Of a stretch of 64,000 nt of DNA, positions 43,678-54,706 are shown in pieces. The notes beneath the pieces are model-generated. The model did no database searches. It was not told the DNA's origin and worked only from the letters and a program-made list of their open reading frames with translations. The stretch lies in assembly GCA_012862495.1 (NCBI GenBank), contig BLSG01000387.1, positions 1 through 64,000 of the forward strand. Direction: 5' to 3'. The position numbers and the translations under genes were made by a program. Position 1 is the first letter of the stretch, and every line of letters starts with the position of its first letter. This DNA comes from Thraustochytrium aureum. Its lineage: Eukaryota.

Positions 43678-45267
43678 TCAGGCCTTGTTGTCCTCTGTCT
43701 CGACGGGCCAGGCCATGAGGCGGTAGCTGTAAAGGAAGGCAAACGGGTCCGGCAGCGTCTCCGGGTCCTTGCTGTTGGGCTTGTTGGCCTGCTTGCCCAA
43801 ATAGGAAAAGAGGGCGTTGCGGGCCGCGACGGTGAGGACGTTGCTAGCCTGGAAGATCTTCCCGTTGTCGTGGCTCTGCTTGGCCAACAAGGCAACGCGC
43901 TCCACGCGCCGGCGCTCGTACTTTTGCAAGGCCTGCGTCAGGGACTCGCTGCACAGCAGCTGCTGGCTGAGAACCGAACTGCTCTCGAGCGCCATGCACC
44001 CGCCCTGGCCCAAGTTGGGCGGCATGGCCTCGGCAGCGTCACCAACAACAACAACGCGGCCGCGCTTGGATACGTGCTTGGACAAACGAGGCAAGTAGTG
44101 CATCTGGATCCGGTTCAGGTCAGCGTTCTCAAACAGCAGCTCAGGGAGGCACTTGGAGCCGTCAGCGGTGGTCACACGCGAGTACTCCTTGCGGATGCGC
44201 GGCAGGATGACTGTGCGGAGGTCCTGGACGTTGGCATACTTGTCTTTTGGCCCATTGAAGGCAAAGTAGCAGTTGATGCCTTCTTGGACGTTGAAGAAGC
44301 CGAACCGCGTGCCCTTGCCCCAGTACTCGCCCCAGCACTTGTCGAGCACGGCGAGGGGGACTTTGGAGGCTGGGACGAGCGCCCCGATCATTTGGTACCC
44401 GCAGTATATCGGCGCTTTCGCGTCGGGGAAGGCGCTCTTGCGTACCTTGCTCCAGATCCCGTCCGCACCCACGACGAGGTCACCAGTGACGGACTCGCAG
44501 TCTTTAATCTTGACGGTGGCCGCGTCCGCAGTCTCTTCGACGCCGAGCACGGCTTGGCTGAAGCGCACGTCGACGCCAAGTTGGACGCAGCGATCGTATA
44601 GGAACTCCTGGAGCAAGGCGCGTTTCACGTTCCGGCCATCGGGGTAACGCCAGCGGCGAACCATGGGGCCGCCCATCTCAGTCTTGAACAGCATCTTGTC
44701 CTTGGCCGTGAGAAAACCGCCGGGGCCGTCTAGCGCCCCGGCGGAGTCGTGCACCTGGGCGAAGACAACAGGGTCGACGTCAAGGAGCGCCTTGGCGCCG
44801 TTCGCGTTGCAAATGATGGCGCCGCCAAGCGTGCGGAGCGCGTCGGCGCGCTCTAGCACGACAACACTCTCCACCCCGCGCCGCTTGAGCGCGAGCGCGG
44901 TCGAGAGGCCTCCGATCCCCGCGCCGACCACGACGACCGACTTTACGACCGTGATCTTGTTGCGCAGCTCGGGCGCGCGCCCCATCCACGCGTCCTGGTC
45001 AGCGCAGTTGCTGCAGACCCCTTTGCTCATGCATTTGCCGCAGTTCACCCAGTTGCACCGCGTGCACCGCGTCTTCGCGCTGCTCTTCTTGAGGTTGGAT
45101 GAGCAGTAGCTGCACTTGCTGAAGAGCTTGGTCACGAGGTCGCAGCGCTCAGCGTCTGCGGCGCTCAGCCACTTGTCCACAGCCTCTTGCCCGGTCACCC
45201 GCACATGCTCTTGTTGGCCCTTGAACGGCGCCAGCGCCGCGCTGTCTTGGGGCTCCTGTTCGTGCAT
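43678..45267 (-). CDS. FAD-dependent monooxygenase (salicylate hydroxylase/UbiH-like) with N-terminal FYVE-like Cys8 finger
   Basis: VVGAGIGGL, GDLVVGADGIWSKVR, VVVGDAAEAMPPNLGQGGCMALE, YERRRVER. Upstream CSYC-x12-CTRC-x4-CGKC-x5-CSNC. Confidence 0.88.
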   Translation of the reverse strand: MHEQEPQDSAALAPFKGQQEHVRVTGQEAVDKWLSAADAERCDLVTKLFSKCSYCSSNLKKSSAKTRCTRCNWVNCGKCMSKGVCSNCADQDAWMGRAPELRNKITVVKSVVVVGAGIGGLSTALALKRRGVESVVVLERADALRTLGGAIICNANGAKALLDVDPVVFAQVHDSAGALDGPGGFLTAKDKMLFKTEMGGPMVRRWRYPDGRNVKRALLQEFLYDRCVQLGVDVRFSQAVLGVEETADAATVKIKDCESVTGDLVVGADGIWSKVRKSAFPDAKAPIYCGYQMIGALVPASKVPLAVLDKCWGEYWGKGTRFGFFNVQEGINCYFAFNGPKDKYANVQDLRTVILPRIRKEYSRVTTADGSKCLPELLFENADLNRIQMHYLPRLSKHVSKRGRVVVVGDAAEAMPPNLGQGGCMALESSSVLSQQLLCSESLTQALQKYERRRVERVALLAKQSHDNGKIFQASNVLTVAARNALFSYLGKQANKPNSKDPETLPDPFAFLYSYRLMAWPVETEDNKA

Positions 45268-47045
45268 TGTCGCGTTTCGAGACTCGTGCAATGTCGCTTC
45301 TGTGAGATTGGGGACTGCAGTCGTCGTCGTCGCTCGAGGGGATTGGCGCTGCGTCAGCTGCCCCGAGGAGAGTAGAGTGCCTGTAGACACCAAAGTACTT
45401 GGAGATACCAGAGTACGGACTGTGCGCACTGGTGCGCACGGTCTCTTTGTCGCGCAGCGTGAACCACTGGCAGGTGGCTGCAGTTTCCGACTCGTGAGGG
45501 GTGAGGTCGCTGTTGCTTGCGTGTCTGTTCGTGCGAGTGCGCACACCTTTTCAGCGCTGGCATTCTTGATGGTCCAGGGCGGTCGCCAGACAGACGCCAA
45601 GCACGTCGCAGGCCCTGGCCGCGGTTGGAGGTCAGCCGCGCTTCCCGACGTGGTTTTCTGACCCCGAGGCGGTCGACTGGTCGACTTTGACAAGCGCTCC
45701 TCGGACATCTCCCTTGTGACATCAGGAGCTTTTCGACAATGCTCATTTGTCGAGAGCGGCCGGTACCTATGCGCAGCGACGGGACGTGTCTGCGCGCGAC
45801 AGTATGTAGCCCGAAGGAACCGGGCTCACAGCCACGGGCAAGGAGGATCCTCCTTGGCAAGAGTCTGAAGACGGCGAAGCGCCTGACGAATGACTGATCT
45901 CCTTCCGATGCTTACACCGAACGGCCATGACAGTGTCGTGGACGAGCACCCGCGGATCGAAATNNNNNNNNNNNNNNNNNNNNNNNNNNNNNNNNNNNNN
46001 NNNNNNNNNNNNNNNNNNNNNNNNNNNNNNNNNNNNNNNNNNNNNNNNNNNNNNNNNNNNNNNNNNNNNNNNNNNNNNNNNNNNNNNNNNTTGCATACCT
46101 GGGCCACCCCCAGACCTTTTGATTCTGAACTGGACCGATCTGGGGCGTCTTCAGCGCCTGGCGTCTGTCGCGGGCAGGGGACTCGGTTATCGCTCTCGCC
46201 TTTCTTCAAGAGATCCCGCCGCAGCTTGGCGCCGTTCTGCTCTGCCAAGTCGGCCCGCGCGGAGCGCTGAGCGCGGTCAGCGAGGCCTGCGAGCAGGCGC
46301 ACCCCGCTTGCTTGCGTCAAGGAGCCGCGCCGAGCTCGCGACCTCCGAGCCTCGTCCGTGATTTGCATCACTCCGTTCGGTTGGTGCGCAGCCTCCGAAA
46401 GTTGAGCGATGCGGGACCGCCAGAGCTTCTCAGCGCCAACTGGCGCGTCTCGCTCAGGAGAAGAGCGAGACCAGCCGGCGGGGCTGCAAGCCCGATCAGG
46501 AAACTCAACTACCTGCATACCGCAGTACTTGCTCGAGCAGGAACTTCCAAGTAGAGTACCCTTGCTCGTGCTCTTCTCCAGAGGACCCAGGTGACGCAAA
46601 CCGACCGACATCGATCAGCCTCCTGCCCATGCGCCGAGTACAAGTGGCGACGGAGAGACAGGCGCGCGTGAGGGTGATCGCAGCAACACACCAACCAGTG
46701 CAACCGAACCCCTGACTCGTAAAGGCTTCCCGAGCCAGAATAGGCCTACACAACAATGATTAGGACAGAAGCTGAAGGTCGGCATGAGATGAGACGACCC
46801 CGCAGAGCTCGAGCCTCGATAACAGACCCGCTGCACCTGCAGCAGACCAAGAACGAGCGTCGCGGCCGAGCAGGCAGCAGACCCAATCGACGAGCATCGC
46901 GCCCGAGCAGACTGGCAACGGACTGCACGGGTGGCTGGCACAAGCAAGGGTGCGCTATCGCTTAGGTGGTGGAGAAGTCGTCGCGTTGGCGCACGAGCAG
47001 GAACAGCGAGCCGACCCGTGCATGAGGCGCTTGCTCGGACGAGCC

Positions 47046-48863
47046 ATGGAGCAACGGGTGGAGCACTTTCAAGCTGGGCCGAGACTCGGCAACCCGTTCT
47101 TGGAGGATGACGCGCTGCAACGGTTTCTGGAGCGCGTGTTTTTGAAGGACGCCCCGGCGCCCGAGCGCGAGGCCATCACTAGCGACCTCAGCGCGTTTGG
47201 GGACAAGGTGTGCGGCGAGTACGTCAAGATGGCCGAGAACGCGGAGCGGTTCAAACCGCAGCTGGAGCAGTTCGACCAATGGGGCAGGCGCGTGGATCGG
47301 CTGCACCTGAGCGAGGGCTGGAAGTTTTTCAAGCGCGAGGCGGCCATCGAAGGACTCGTCTCAATCCCGTACGAGACGCGGTCGCCCAGCGCTCGAATCC
47401 ACCAGGCTGTCAAGCTGTTCATGTACGAGCCGAGCTCAGGCATGTTTGGCTGCCCGCTGGCTATGACGGACGGTGCCTCGTTCGCAATCAACTCTGTCCT
47501 CGGGAGCAACGCGCGCGCCGAAAAGCCCTTCCTGGCTGCCAAGTCCGTGGCCGAGCTCGAGAATGCGCGCGCGCACCTTCAGTCGCGCGATCCCGACCAG
47601 TTCTGGACCTCTGGTCAGTGGTTCACTGAGAAGAAGGGCGGGAGCGACCTGAGCCGAGCCACGGAGACGTTTGCCGTGCCGTGCGAGTCGGTCACCAGCA
47701 CGCACGAGCTTTTCGGATTCAAGTGGTTCACGAGCGCGGTGGACGCAGACATGACGCTCACGTTGGCCTCGATTTCCGAAAGCGACCGCGGGCCGAGCAT
47801 GCACGACGAGCGCAAGCCGCTGTCTATGTTTTTCCTCCGCACCCGCAAGGACGAGCGCCAAATGTCCGAGGACGAACGCGTCGAAGGCGAGCCGCCCCTG
47901 AACGGGATCCGAGTCGTCCGCCTCAAGGACAAGATGGCGTCGCGACAGCTTCCGACCGCCGAGCTCGTTCTGGACGGCACGCACGCGCACCTGATCAGCG
48001 CCCCCGGGGCGGGGATCAAGAGCGTTTCGCCGATGCTGGTGATCACGCGGTTCCACAACTCGATCACTGCGGTCGCTCTCATGGGCCGCATCCGCAACCT
48101 GGCAATCGACTTTGCGCACCGGCGCAGCGCCTTTGGGGAGGCCATCGTTGACAAGCCCCTGCATGTGCAAAACCTTTTCGATTTTGACATGGATACGCGT
48201 GGGAATCTGCTGTTTGTCCTCGAGATGGGGCGCCTCTTGGGCCTCATGGAGGTCGGGCGGGCCACCGAGTCGGAGGAGAACGTGCTGCGCGTCATGACGT
48301 CGCTGGCCAAGCTGTTTACGGCGCGCGAGTGCGTGCACTGGATGAGCGAGGGCGTCGAGCTGTTTGGTGCTGTCGGCGTGATGGAGAACCACATGAGCAC
48401 CCTGTTCCGCGACAGCAGTGTGCTGCCAATCTGGGAGGGCACTACCAACACGCTTGCGCTTGATCTGCTCCGTGTCGCGAGCCGCGAACCGGAGTCGCTT
48501 GCTGCGCTGCACGCATACCTCTCTGAGATGGCGAGCGAGTCGGCGGCACTCAAGCACAACCTGTCGCAAGTGTTTGGGTTCATCAGCGGGTCCAGCGACA
48601 AGCTCGAGTCGTTCGAGTGGAACGCGCGGCGCCTCTCGATGAACATGTCGCGCCTGTTCGTGGCCTGCCTTGCCGTCCGCACCAGCGCGACAACGGGCCA
48701 CAAGGACGACGAGCTGTTGGCGGAGCATTGGGTTGGGCGCGTCGTCCGCCAGTACGAGCCGATGAGCGACCCTGGCGCGCTGGCGGCCTACCGCGCCGCT
48801 CTGCCCGGCCGGATGGACGGGTCGAAGACTGACGAGCGCGGCCGCCTGCGCTCGTCGCTCTAG
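47046..48863 (+). CDS. Acyl-CoA dehydrogenase, AidB/ACDH-11-like
   Basis: GCPLAMTDGA, SGQWFTEKKGGSD, GFKWFTSA, RLKDKMASRQLPTAE, RRSAFG, VLPIWEGTTNTL. Alternative start at 47022. Confidence 0.92.
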   Translation: MEQRVEHFQAGPRLGNPFLEDDALQRFLERVFLKDAPAPEREAITSDLSAFGDKVCGEYVKMAENAERFKPQLEQFDQWGRRVDRLHLSEGWKFFKREAAIEGLVSIPYETRSPSARIHQAVKLFMYEPSSGMFGCPLAMTDGASFAINSVLGSNARAEKPFLAAKSVAELENARAHLQSRDPDQFWTSGQWFTEKKGGSDLSRATETFAVPCESVTSTHELFGFKWFTSAVDADMTLTLASISESDRGPSMHDERKPLSMFFLRTRKDERQMSEDERVEGEPPLNGIRVVRLKDKMASRQLPTAELVLDGTHAHLISAPGAGIKSVSPMLVITRFHNSITAVALMGRIRNLAIDFAHRRSAFGEAIVDKPLHVQNLFDFDMDTRGNLLFVLEMGRLLGLMEVGRATESEENVLRVMTSLAKLFTARECVHWMSEGVELFGAVGVMENHMSTLFRDSSVLPIWEGTTNTLALDLLRVASREPESLAALHAYLSEMASESAALKHNLSQVFGFISGSSDKLESFEWNARRLSMNMSRLFVACLAVRTSATTGHKDDELLAEHWVGRVVRQYEPMSDPGALAAYRAALPGRMDGSKTDERGRLRSSL

Positions 48864-49247
48864 CTCTAGAGGAGCCTGGCGCCTGAGCAGCGGTAGAGGT
48901 TCTCTGAGAAGCGAAAGCAACAACACAAAACCACGTTGAGAGCGCAGGCAGGTTATTATGGCCGTCACGGGCTGCTTGGGCTGGAGGCGGCTCGACCGGC
49001 GCGAGGCCCGACGCCGAGCCCGCCTGTCCTCGCCGAGACGCTCTGCACTGTCGCCTGGGTAGCAGGCAGGTAAAGCAGGAACCACGGCAAGTCAGATTGT
49101 CACTATCGTTTTATAATGGAGCTCCTTAGCCACGTTATTTTGCAGGCAGAAACGGCTGCCCTCGACTCGCCAGGCCGACAAAGGCCAGCCCGCGGCGCCT
49201 CGACGCCACACACACACACAACCTCCGCGGCACCGGCACCCGATGGT

Positions 49248-50204
49248 TTACGAGGGGCGCGTCTGCTTGAAGTCGTTCATCGAGTTGGTCACACCAAGGT
49301 CGTCGAGCACGTTGTCGCAGACCGTCACCGGGAGGATCGACTTGCAGATGCTGCTCAGGTAGGCGAACGAGGGCATCACGAGCATTCGCTGTTCGCGCTT
49401 CATTGCGTTGATGATCTGGTCAGCGACATACTCGGGCTCCAACAGCGGCATGAGCGCGTTAACCAACCCCGAGAGAATCTTGATGCGCGGCTGCAACTTG
49501 GCGCCCTCAAACATGCCCGTCTTGATGTACATCGGGCACACGCAGGTGGTGGTCACCTTCGAGCCAAGGTTGCGGAGCTCCATGCGCAGAGACTCGTCGA
49601 ACCCGACCGCGCCAAACTTGGAGGCGCAATAGTCCACGAGGCCGGGCACGCCCACGAGACCGGCGGACGAGGCGATGTTCACGACGTGGCCGTGGTTGCG
49701 CTTGAGCATGCCGGGCAGGAACGCCTTGGTCATGAAGATCAGCGCGAGGGTGTTGATCTTGAGCGTGAGCTCGATGCGGTTGTCGTCCGCTTCGAGCAGC
49801 TTCTTGCCGCCCACAATGCCGGCGTTGTTGATGAGGATATCCACGCGACCAAAGTCGGCCTCGATCTCCTTGGCGGTGGCGTAGATGTTTTCGCGCTTGG
49901 ACACGTCGCACACGTACGCCTTGCAGGTGGTGCCGAGCGCGGACACCTCTGCTGCCACCTTGTTGACGGCCTCCTCGTTGATGTCGATCAGCACGACCTT
50001 GCAGCCCTCCTTGGCCAGGCGCAGCGCCATCAGCCTGCCGATCCCGCCGCCGCCGCCCGAGATCACCACCACATCGCCAGCCACTTTCTTCTCAAACAGA
50101 AACGGAAGCACCTCACGCGCGGCGTAGAACGCCGCAGCTGCCGCGAGCATTTGCTTCCACTTGCGTGGCGGCTGGGGCAGAAAGTCCTTCATCAGCTCCG
50201 ACAT
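49248..50204 (-). CDS. Short-chain dehydrogenase/reductase, SDR16C (retinol dehydrogenase/17-beta-HSD11-like)
   Basis: ISGGGGGIGR, ILINNAGI, GHVVNIASSAG, YCASK, VCPMYIKTGMF. Confidence 0.93.
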   Translation of the reverse strand: MSELMKDFLPQPPRKWKQMLAAAAAFYAAREVLPFLFEKKVAGDVVVISGGGGGIGRLMALRLAKEGCKVVLIDINEEAVNKVAAEVSALGTTCKAYVCDVSKRENIYATAKEIEADFGRVDILINNAGIVGGKKLLEADDNRIELTLKINTLALIFMTKAFLPGMLKRNHGHVVNIASSAGLVGVPGLVDYCASKFGAVGFDESLRMELRNLGSKVTTTCVCPMYIKTGMFEGAKLQPRIKILSGLVNALMPLLEPEYVADQIINAMKREQRMLVMPSFAYLSSICKSILPVTVCDNVLDDLGVTNSMNDFKQTRPS

Positions 50205-50891
50205 GATTCTCAACAATAAANNNNNNNNNNNNNNNNNNNNNNNNNNNNNNNNNNNNNNNNNNNNNNNNNNNNNNNNNNNNNNNNNNNNNNNNNNNNNNNN
50301 NNNNNNNNNNNNNNNNNNNNNNNNNNNNNNNNNNNNNNNNNNNNNNNNNNNNNNNNNNNNNNNNNNNNNNNNNNNNNNNNNNNNNNNNNNNNNNNNNNNN
50401 NNNNNNNNNNNNNNNNNNNNNNNNNNNNNNNNNNNNNNNNNNNNNNNNNNNNNNNNNNNNNNNNNNNNNNNNNNNNNNNNNNNNNNNNNNNNNNNNNNNN
50501 NNNNNNNNNNNNNNNNNNNNNNNNNNNNNNNNNNNNNNNNNNNNNNNNNNNNNNNNNNNNNNNNNNNNNNNNNNNNNNNNNNNNNNNNNNNNNNNNNNNN
50601 NNTGCCGCCACGGCCTCGTCACGCGACCGAGAGCCGTGACGCGCGGCTTGGAATCGCGCGCGTGCGTGGAGCTCGCGTCACAAAGGGTCCTCTTTGACGA
50701 GCGGGCTGCAGACCTGCGAAGATCGACCAGCGAGTGGCGGGCGCAGAGCGGCAGAGGGAGCGCGCGCGGAGCAGCGGTGGCTTGTTGCTGGTGCGGAGCG
50801 GAACGCTTTTCACGGACGTGTTGCGCGCGAGCCGGGCCTTTGCTGGTTGTTGTGCTGTTGTTGGTTGGGAGGGCCTGCGACGAGGACGAGG

Positions 50892-52666
50892 ATGGCGTCC
50901 AGGTCGACGACGTTTGACATGGCCACCGTGATGGACGCACTCGTGCGCAGCGCTGGCGAGGTGCCCGCTGGCGTCGAGCAGACGGCCGCGTTTTTTGAAG
51001 GCCTTGTTGACGCCAAGGACGCCTCCGTGCTGATGCTGTGCGCCAGGCTCGGCGCGCTTGAGACGGACACGCAGCTCAGGGTGCGGGAGCAGGTCGTCAA
51101 GCGCGAGGACGTGCAGGCCAAGCTGCAGGAGGCGGAGGAGTTGGTCAAAGCGACGGCCACTGAAGGGTTTCGGGGGGAGGCAAGCCAAGCCAGGCGGACG
51201 CGCGGCTGCTCTCTGCGATGTACGACGTTTTCGCGATGGCCATGCTCCCTGAGCAGCGCCAGGCCTTTCCTGCCCTGTCCGGCTGGGCAGAGCGCTGCGG
51301 CGGCGAGATGCGCACGGTGATGGGCGGATCGCACATGCTCGGCATGAAGCGTGCCGGCGGCCAGGTAGACCTGTTCGCCGACTCGCTGTACGTGCGGCGC
51401 AACGCGGATGCCTCCGAAGCGATCAACGCCGGCGTCAAGAAGAAGAAGACGCAGCGCCAGCTCGAGAAGGAGGCCAAGGGGAAGGGCCAGCCCAAACTCA
51501 CCATTCCGGAGGCCGCGCCAACTTTTCAGTTCCAGCAGTCGATCGCAGCCGACGCCTCGGTCGACGACAAAATCGCCTTTGTTCAAGCCGCGCTCGCCCA
51601 GGTTGGCGCGAGCCCCGATCGCCAAGTCGTGAAGCACGCAGCGGCTCACACGATGGCAGAAATGCCGAAAGAGCTCGCCGCCGAGGGCGGGTACGTTTGC
51701 AAGAATCTCTTCCTGAAGGCCAAAAAGGCCCGCAAGGGGGTTGAGAACGACTCGTGCGTCTGGCTCATCTCGGTGCCCGAAGAGGCAAACGTGGACCTCA
51801 AAGCGCTGTCCAAGTCGCTCGGGTACAAGGACGAGCTGCGACAGACCAAGCCCGAGCTCCTGGAGGAGCTCATGGGCGTCAAGCCCGGCAGCGTCACCCC
51901 GTTCGGGCTCCTCAACAACGCCGGCGGTGAGGTCAACGTGATCCTGGACGAAGAGATGCTCTCGGCGCCGAGCAACAAGCTCTGGTTCCACCCGCTCACA
52001 AACGAGGCTTCCATGTCAATCACTGCCGAGGACCTCCTCAAGGTTGTCAGCGCCACAGCGCGCAAGCCCACCGTTGTCGCCTTTACGCGCAACGCGGATG
52101 CGCCGCCCGCCGCCTCGAAGGCCGCTGGCGCCGAGGCCGGCGGCCAGGTCGCGGCCGCCGAGCCGCTTGCCCTCTCGCACGACGAGGCGCGCGAGCGGCT
52201 CTGGGCTCGCCTCAAGGAGGCTGGCGTCGAGACGTACCGCGAGACCAACCCCGACCTCGAAGCGAAGCGCCCCGTCGGCCACTCCACGCACAACTTGTTT
52301 GTGAAAGACAAAAAGACCAAGAGGGAGTTTATGGTTACGGTACGCCAAGAGGCGGACGTCAACCTCAAGACGATTGCGAAGGCGCTCAATGCCAAGGAGC
52401 TGCGCCTCACCAGCGGGTCCAAGGAGGCGTTTTGCCATGAAAAAGGCTGTGTCTCGGTTCTCAGCCTGTTTAACAACGTGCAGGGCAGCGTGACGCCCGT
52501 GATTGACTCCAAGGTGCTGCAGATGGACTGGATCGCGGTGTGCGCGGGCTGCGAGGACGCTCTGGACCACTCGCAGCACAACATGGTCAAGGTTTCGCCT
52601 GCGCTCGTGCGCCAACTGTTGCAGGAGAGCAACACGCCGCCGCTGATCGAGATTGACGTCGAGTAA
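50892..52666 (+). CDS. GST-C-like domain + two ProX/PrdX (YbaK-superfamily) aminoacyl-tRNA deacylase domains (frameshift ~51170)
   Basis: GGGKPSQADARLL...FPALSGWAERC (GST-C-like). KNLFLK..VDLKAL..GVKPGSVTPFGLLN..WFHPLTNEAS is ProX copy 1; HNLFVKDKK..VNLKTI..GCVSVLSLFN is copy 2. Confidence 0.85.
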
Positions 52667-52730
52667 GGTGGCCCGGCGCGGCCCGCCGCTGATCGCGATT
52701 GACGTCGAGTAAGGCGGCCCGGCGCGGCCC
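52637..52730. repeat. 46-bp tandem duplication that includes the stop codon
   Basis: CCGCCGCTGATCG[A/C]GATTGACGTCGAGTAAGG[T/C]GGCCCGGCGCGGC at 52637 and 52683. Confidence 0.92.
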
Positions 52731-52920
52731 GGCCCGGCCCGCCTTGCTTGGGAGCGGATTCTGCCTGCGGCGCTTGCTCGGCCCACTACTACTTTAAGGA
52801 GAGAGCGCTAAACTTGCTCTACCAGGAGCATACGTAGAGAGCTAACACCCGACGAGCATCACAAACTACGTGCCCTATCCACGCCCCGCGGCAGGCACCG
52901 CCGCCAACTGCCGCTGGCGC

Positions 52921-54300
52921 TCAAGGCGAGAGCAGGAACTGCGTGTTGTAGTAGTCCTCGAGTAGCGGGTTGTACCCGCTGCGCGTCCTCGTGTACCCGT
53001 GCTCCGCGTGCTCGGCCATAAAGTTCCCTTGGCGAACCGCGCGGGACGACTTGCCAATGGTCTCGGCGTAAACCTGCGCGAGCTGCTCAAAGTCTGTCCG
53101 AAAGTAGATGTCTGCCGTCCCAATCTGTGGCTCCAGGTAGCTCGTATGATCTACAGTGCGCCCAGAGGCGTCCTTGCTGGCAACCAACGGCGCGTTGCGG
53201 CAGCCAAAGAGCGAGCCCGGCGTGCTTGGCCGGCCGCGGAGCCACCCAAAGACCCCGAGCTCTGGCGTGGGCAAAAAGTCAAAGTCTGCAGCTATAAGGC
53301 GGTGCTTCGGAAAGCTGTCGCGCAGCGTCTCGAGCAAGCGCATCGAGCAGCTCGGCACAAACACGGCGGCTTCGGTGGCCCCCTTGCTCGGCGCTTCAAA
53401 TTTGCGGCGAGATTCGAGCTCGCTCTTGCGCGCCCAGCGGGCGCGCTTCTCGGAGAAGGAGGACAACGAGCTTGTGCTCAGGTCTGCGACAGATGCGGCC
53501 GCGTCGGCCTGCTGTGGATGGCGCACGGGCTGGAGGAAGGCTCGCGCGGCGCGCAACGCCAGCGGGTCGCTTAGCGGTTCCAGCTCTTCGGTAAGCGCTC
53601 CGTTACCGGCTTCTGTGACGACTGTCTGAAACCATTGCGCCTTGTCCTCTTCGCGAAAGTGCCACCATGGCTCGGCAGCGCTGACGAGCGCCGTGGCGTT
53701 TTCCACCTTGCGGACAAGCTTGTCATGCGACAAATTGTCCAGCACCTCGAGGGCAAGCACAAAGCAGTCCTCCTCCACCCGGCCGCCGCTCCACTCGCTG
53801 AAATCTTGGTTGATGACAGCGGAGTGGCCAGGGTGGGCCTCGCACACGCGACGCTCCTGTCGCTCTGCCATCGCTGCGCTCACCTCTACTAGCGTGTATT
53901 GCGTACGTTCGTACAGGCTTGGCGAGGTCTCCTTGATGTGGTCGAGGATGTGCAACGCGTTGGTGCCATTCCCGCCGCCAGCCTCGAAGATTCTCAGCGG
54001 CCGACCGTCGTTGAGCCCCTGGCTGTCGATGACCTTCATCAGGTACCTGCCGATGGCGCGCGAGAACCATGGCCGAAAGATTTCTACAGGCGTCAAAAAG
54101 GCCTCTGATCGTGCTGCATACAGCGCATCGAGCTTGCTCAAGTACGCTGCCTTCCCGCTCAGCTCCTTGAACCTCACGGGTGCCGGCGGCGAGTACACGC
54201 AGTCCTGCACGCTAAAGTACCCTTCGCCCTGCAGATACAGCGCGCTCCTGATCCACTCTCGCGTCAGCAGCCTTTTCCCGGCCGACGCCCCAACACTCAT
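52921..54300 (-). CDS. NDUFAF7/MidA-like SAM-dependent methyltransferase
   Basis: REWIRSALY..EGYF, FLTPVEIFRPWFS, IFEAGGGNGTNA, ALEVLDNLSHD, GTADIYFRTDF, TRSGYNPLLEDYYNT. True 5' end uncertain. Confidence 0.85.
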   Translation of the reverse strand: MSVGASAGKRLLTREWIRSALYLQGEGYFSVQDCVYSPPAPVRFKELSGKAAYLSKLDALYAARSEAFLTPVEIFRPWFSRAIGRYLMKVIDSQGLNDGRPLRIFEAGGGNGTNALHILDHIKETSPSLYERTQYTLVEVSAAMAERQERRVCEAHPGHSAVINQDFSEWSGGRVEEDCFVLALEVLDNLSHDKLVRKVENATALVSAAEPWWHFREEDKAQWFQTVVTEAGNGALTEELEPLSDPLALRAARAFLQPVRHPQQADAAASVADLSTSSLSSFSEKRARWARKSELESRRKFEAPSKGATEAAVFVPSCSMRLLETLRDSFPKHRLIAADFDFLPTPELGVFGWLRGRPSTPGSLFGCRNAPLVASKDASGRTVDHTSYLEPQIGTADIYFRTDFEQLAQVYAETIGKSSRAVRQGNFMAEHAEHGYTRTRSGYNPLLEDYYNTQFLLSP

Positions 54301-54706
54301 CCCTGCGAACCGCTCGCGCAACGCGGCACACAGCTAGCCAGCCAGCCCGCGTGCCGCCCTGTCCAGCCCCAAAACCCAGCGATTCTGCCTCAATCACGGA
54401 CGGCCTCCAGCAGCCGAGGGCGCCGAGCGTTGCTGCAGCCGAAGATAACGGACGGCAACGGACGCCGCCGCTGCTGCCGCGGCCCACGCTGCTCGCTCGA
54501 CGGGCCGCGCGGCGCCTGGCCGGTGTCTGGAGTCTGGACTCTGGCTGGAGCGGCGCTCGCTGATGGTGGACGTGAACGTGAACAGAGGGAACGAGTGCAG
54601 GATTGTGGGATACAGAGCCGTTAACGCCAGCGAAAGTCACGGCAGAGTGCTCTGCGCAGTTCCGTCTCGAGGACGCGTGCAGCGCAGGGATGTGCTCACG
54701 CAGGAG

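Noticed and set aside
47436..49085. Long antisense ORFs (also 4842-6128, 18439-20268, 30909-33215, 50810-51991)
   Set aside because: Shadow frames of GC-rich genes on the opposite strand, some inflated by N runs, with no recognisable motifs.
41322..50204. GST, hydrolase, monooxygenase, ACAD and SDR as a metabolic gene cluster
   Set aside because: Mixed orientations, common unrelated families and no scaffold-forming enzyme; adjacency is expected in a gene-dense genome.
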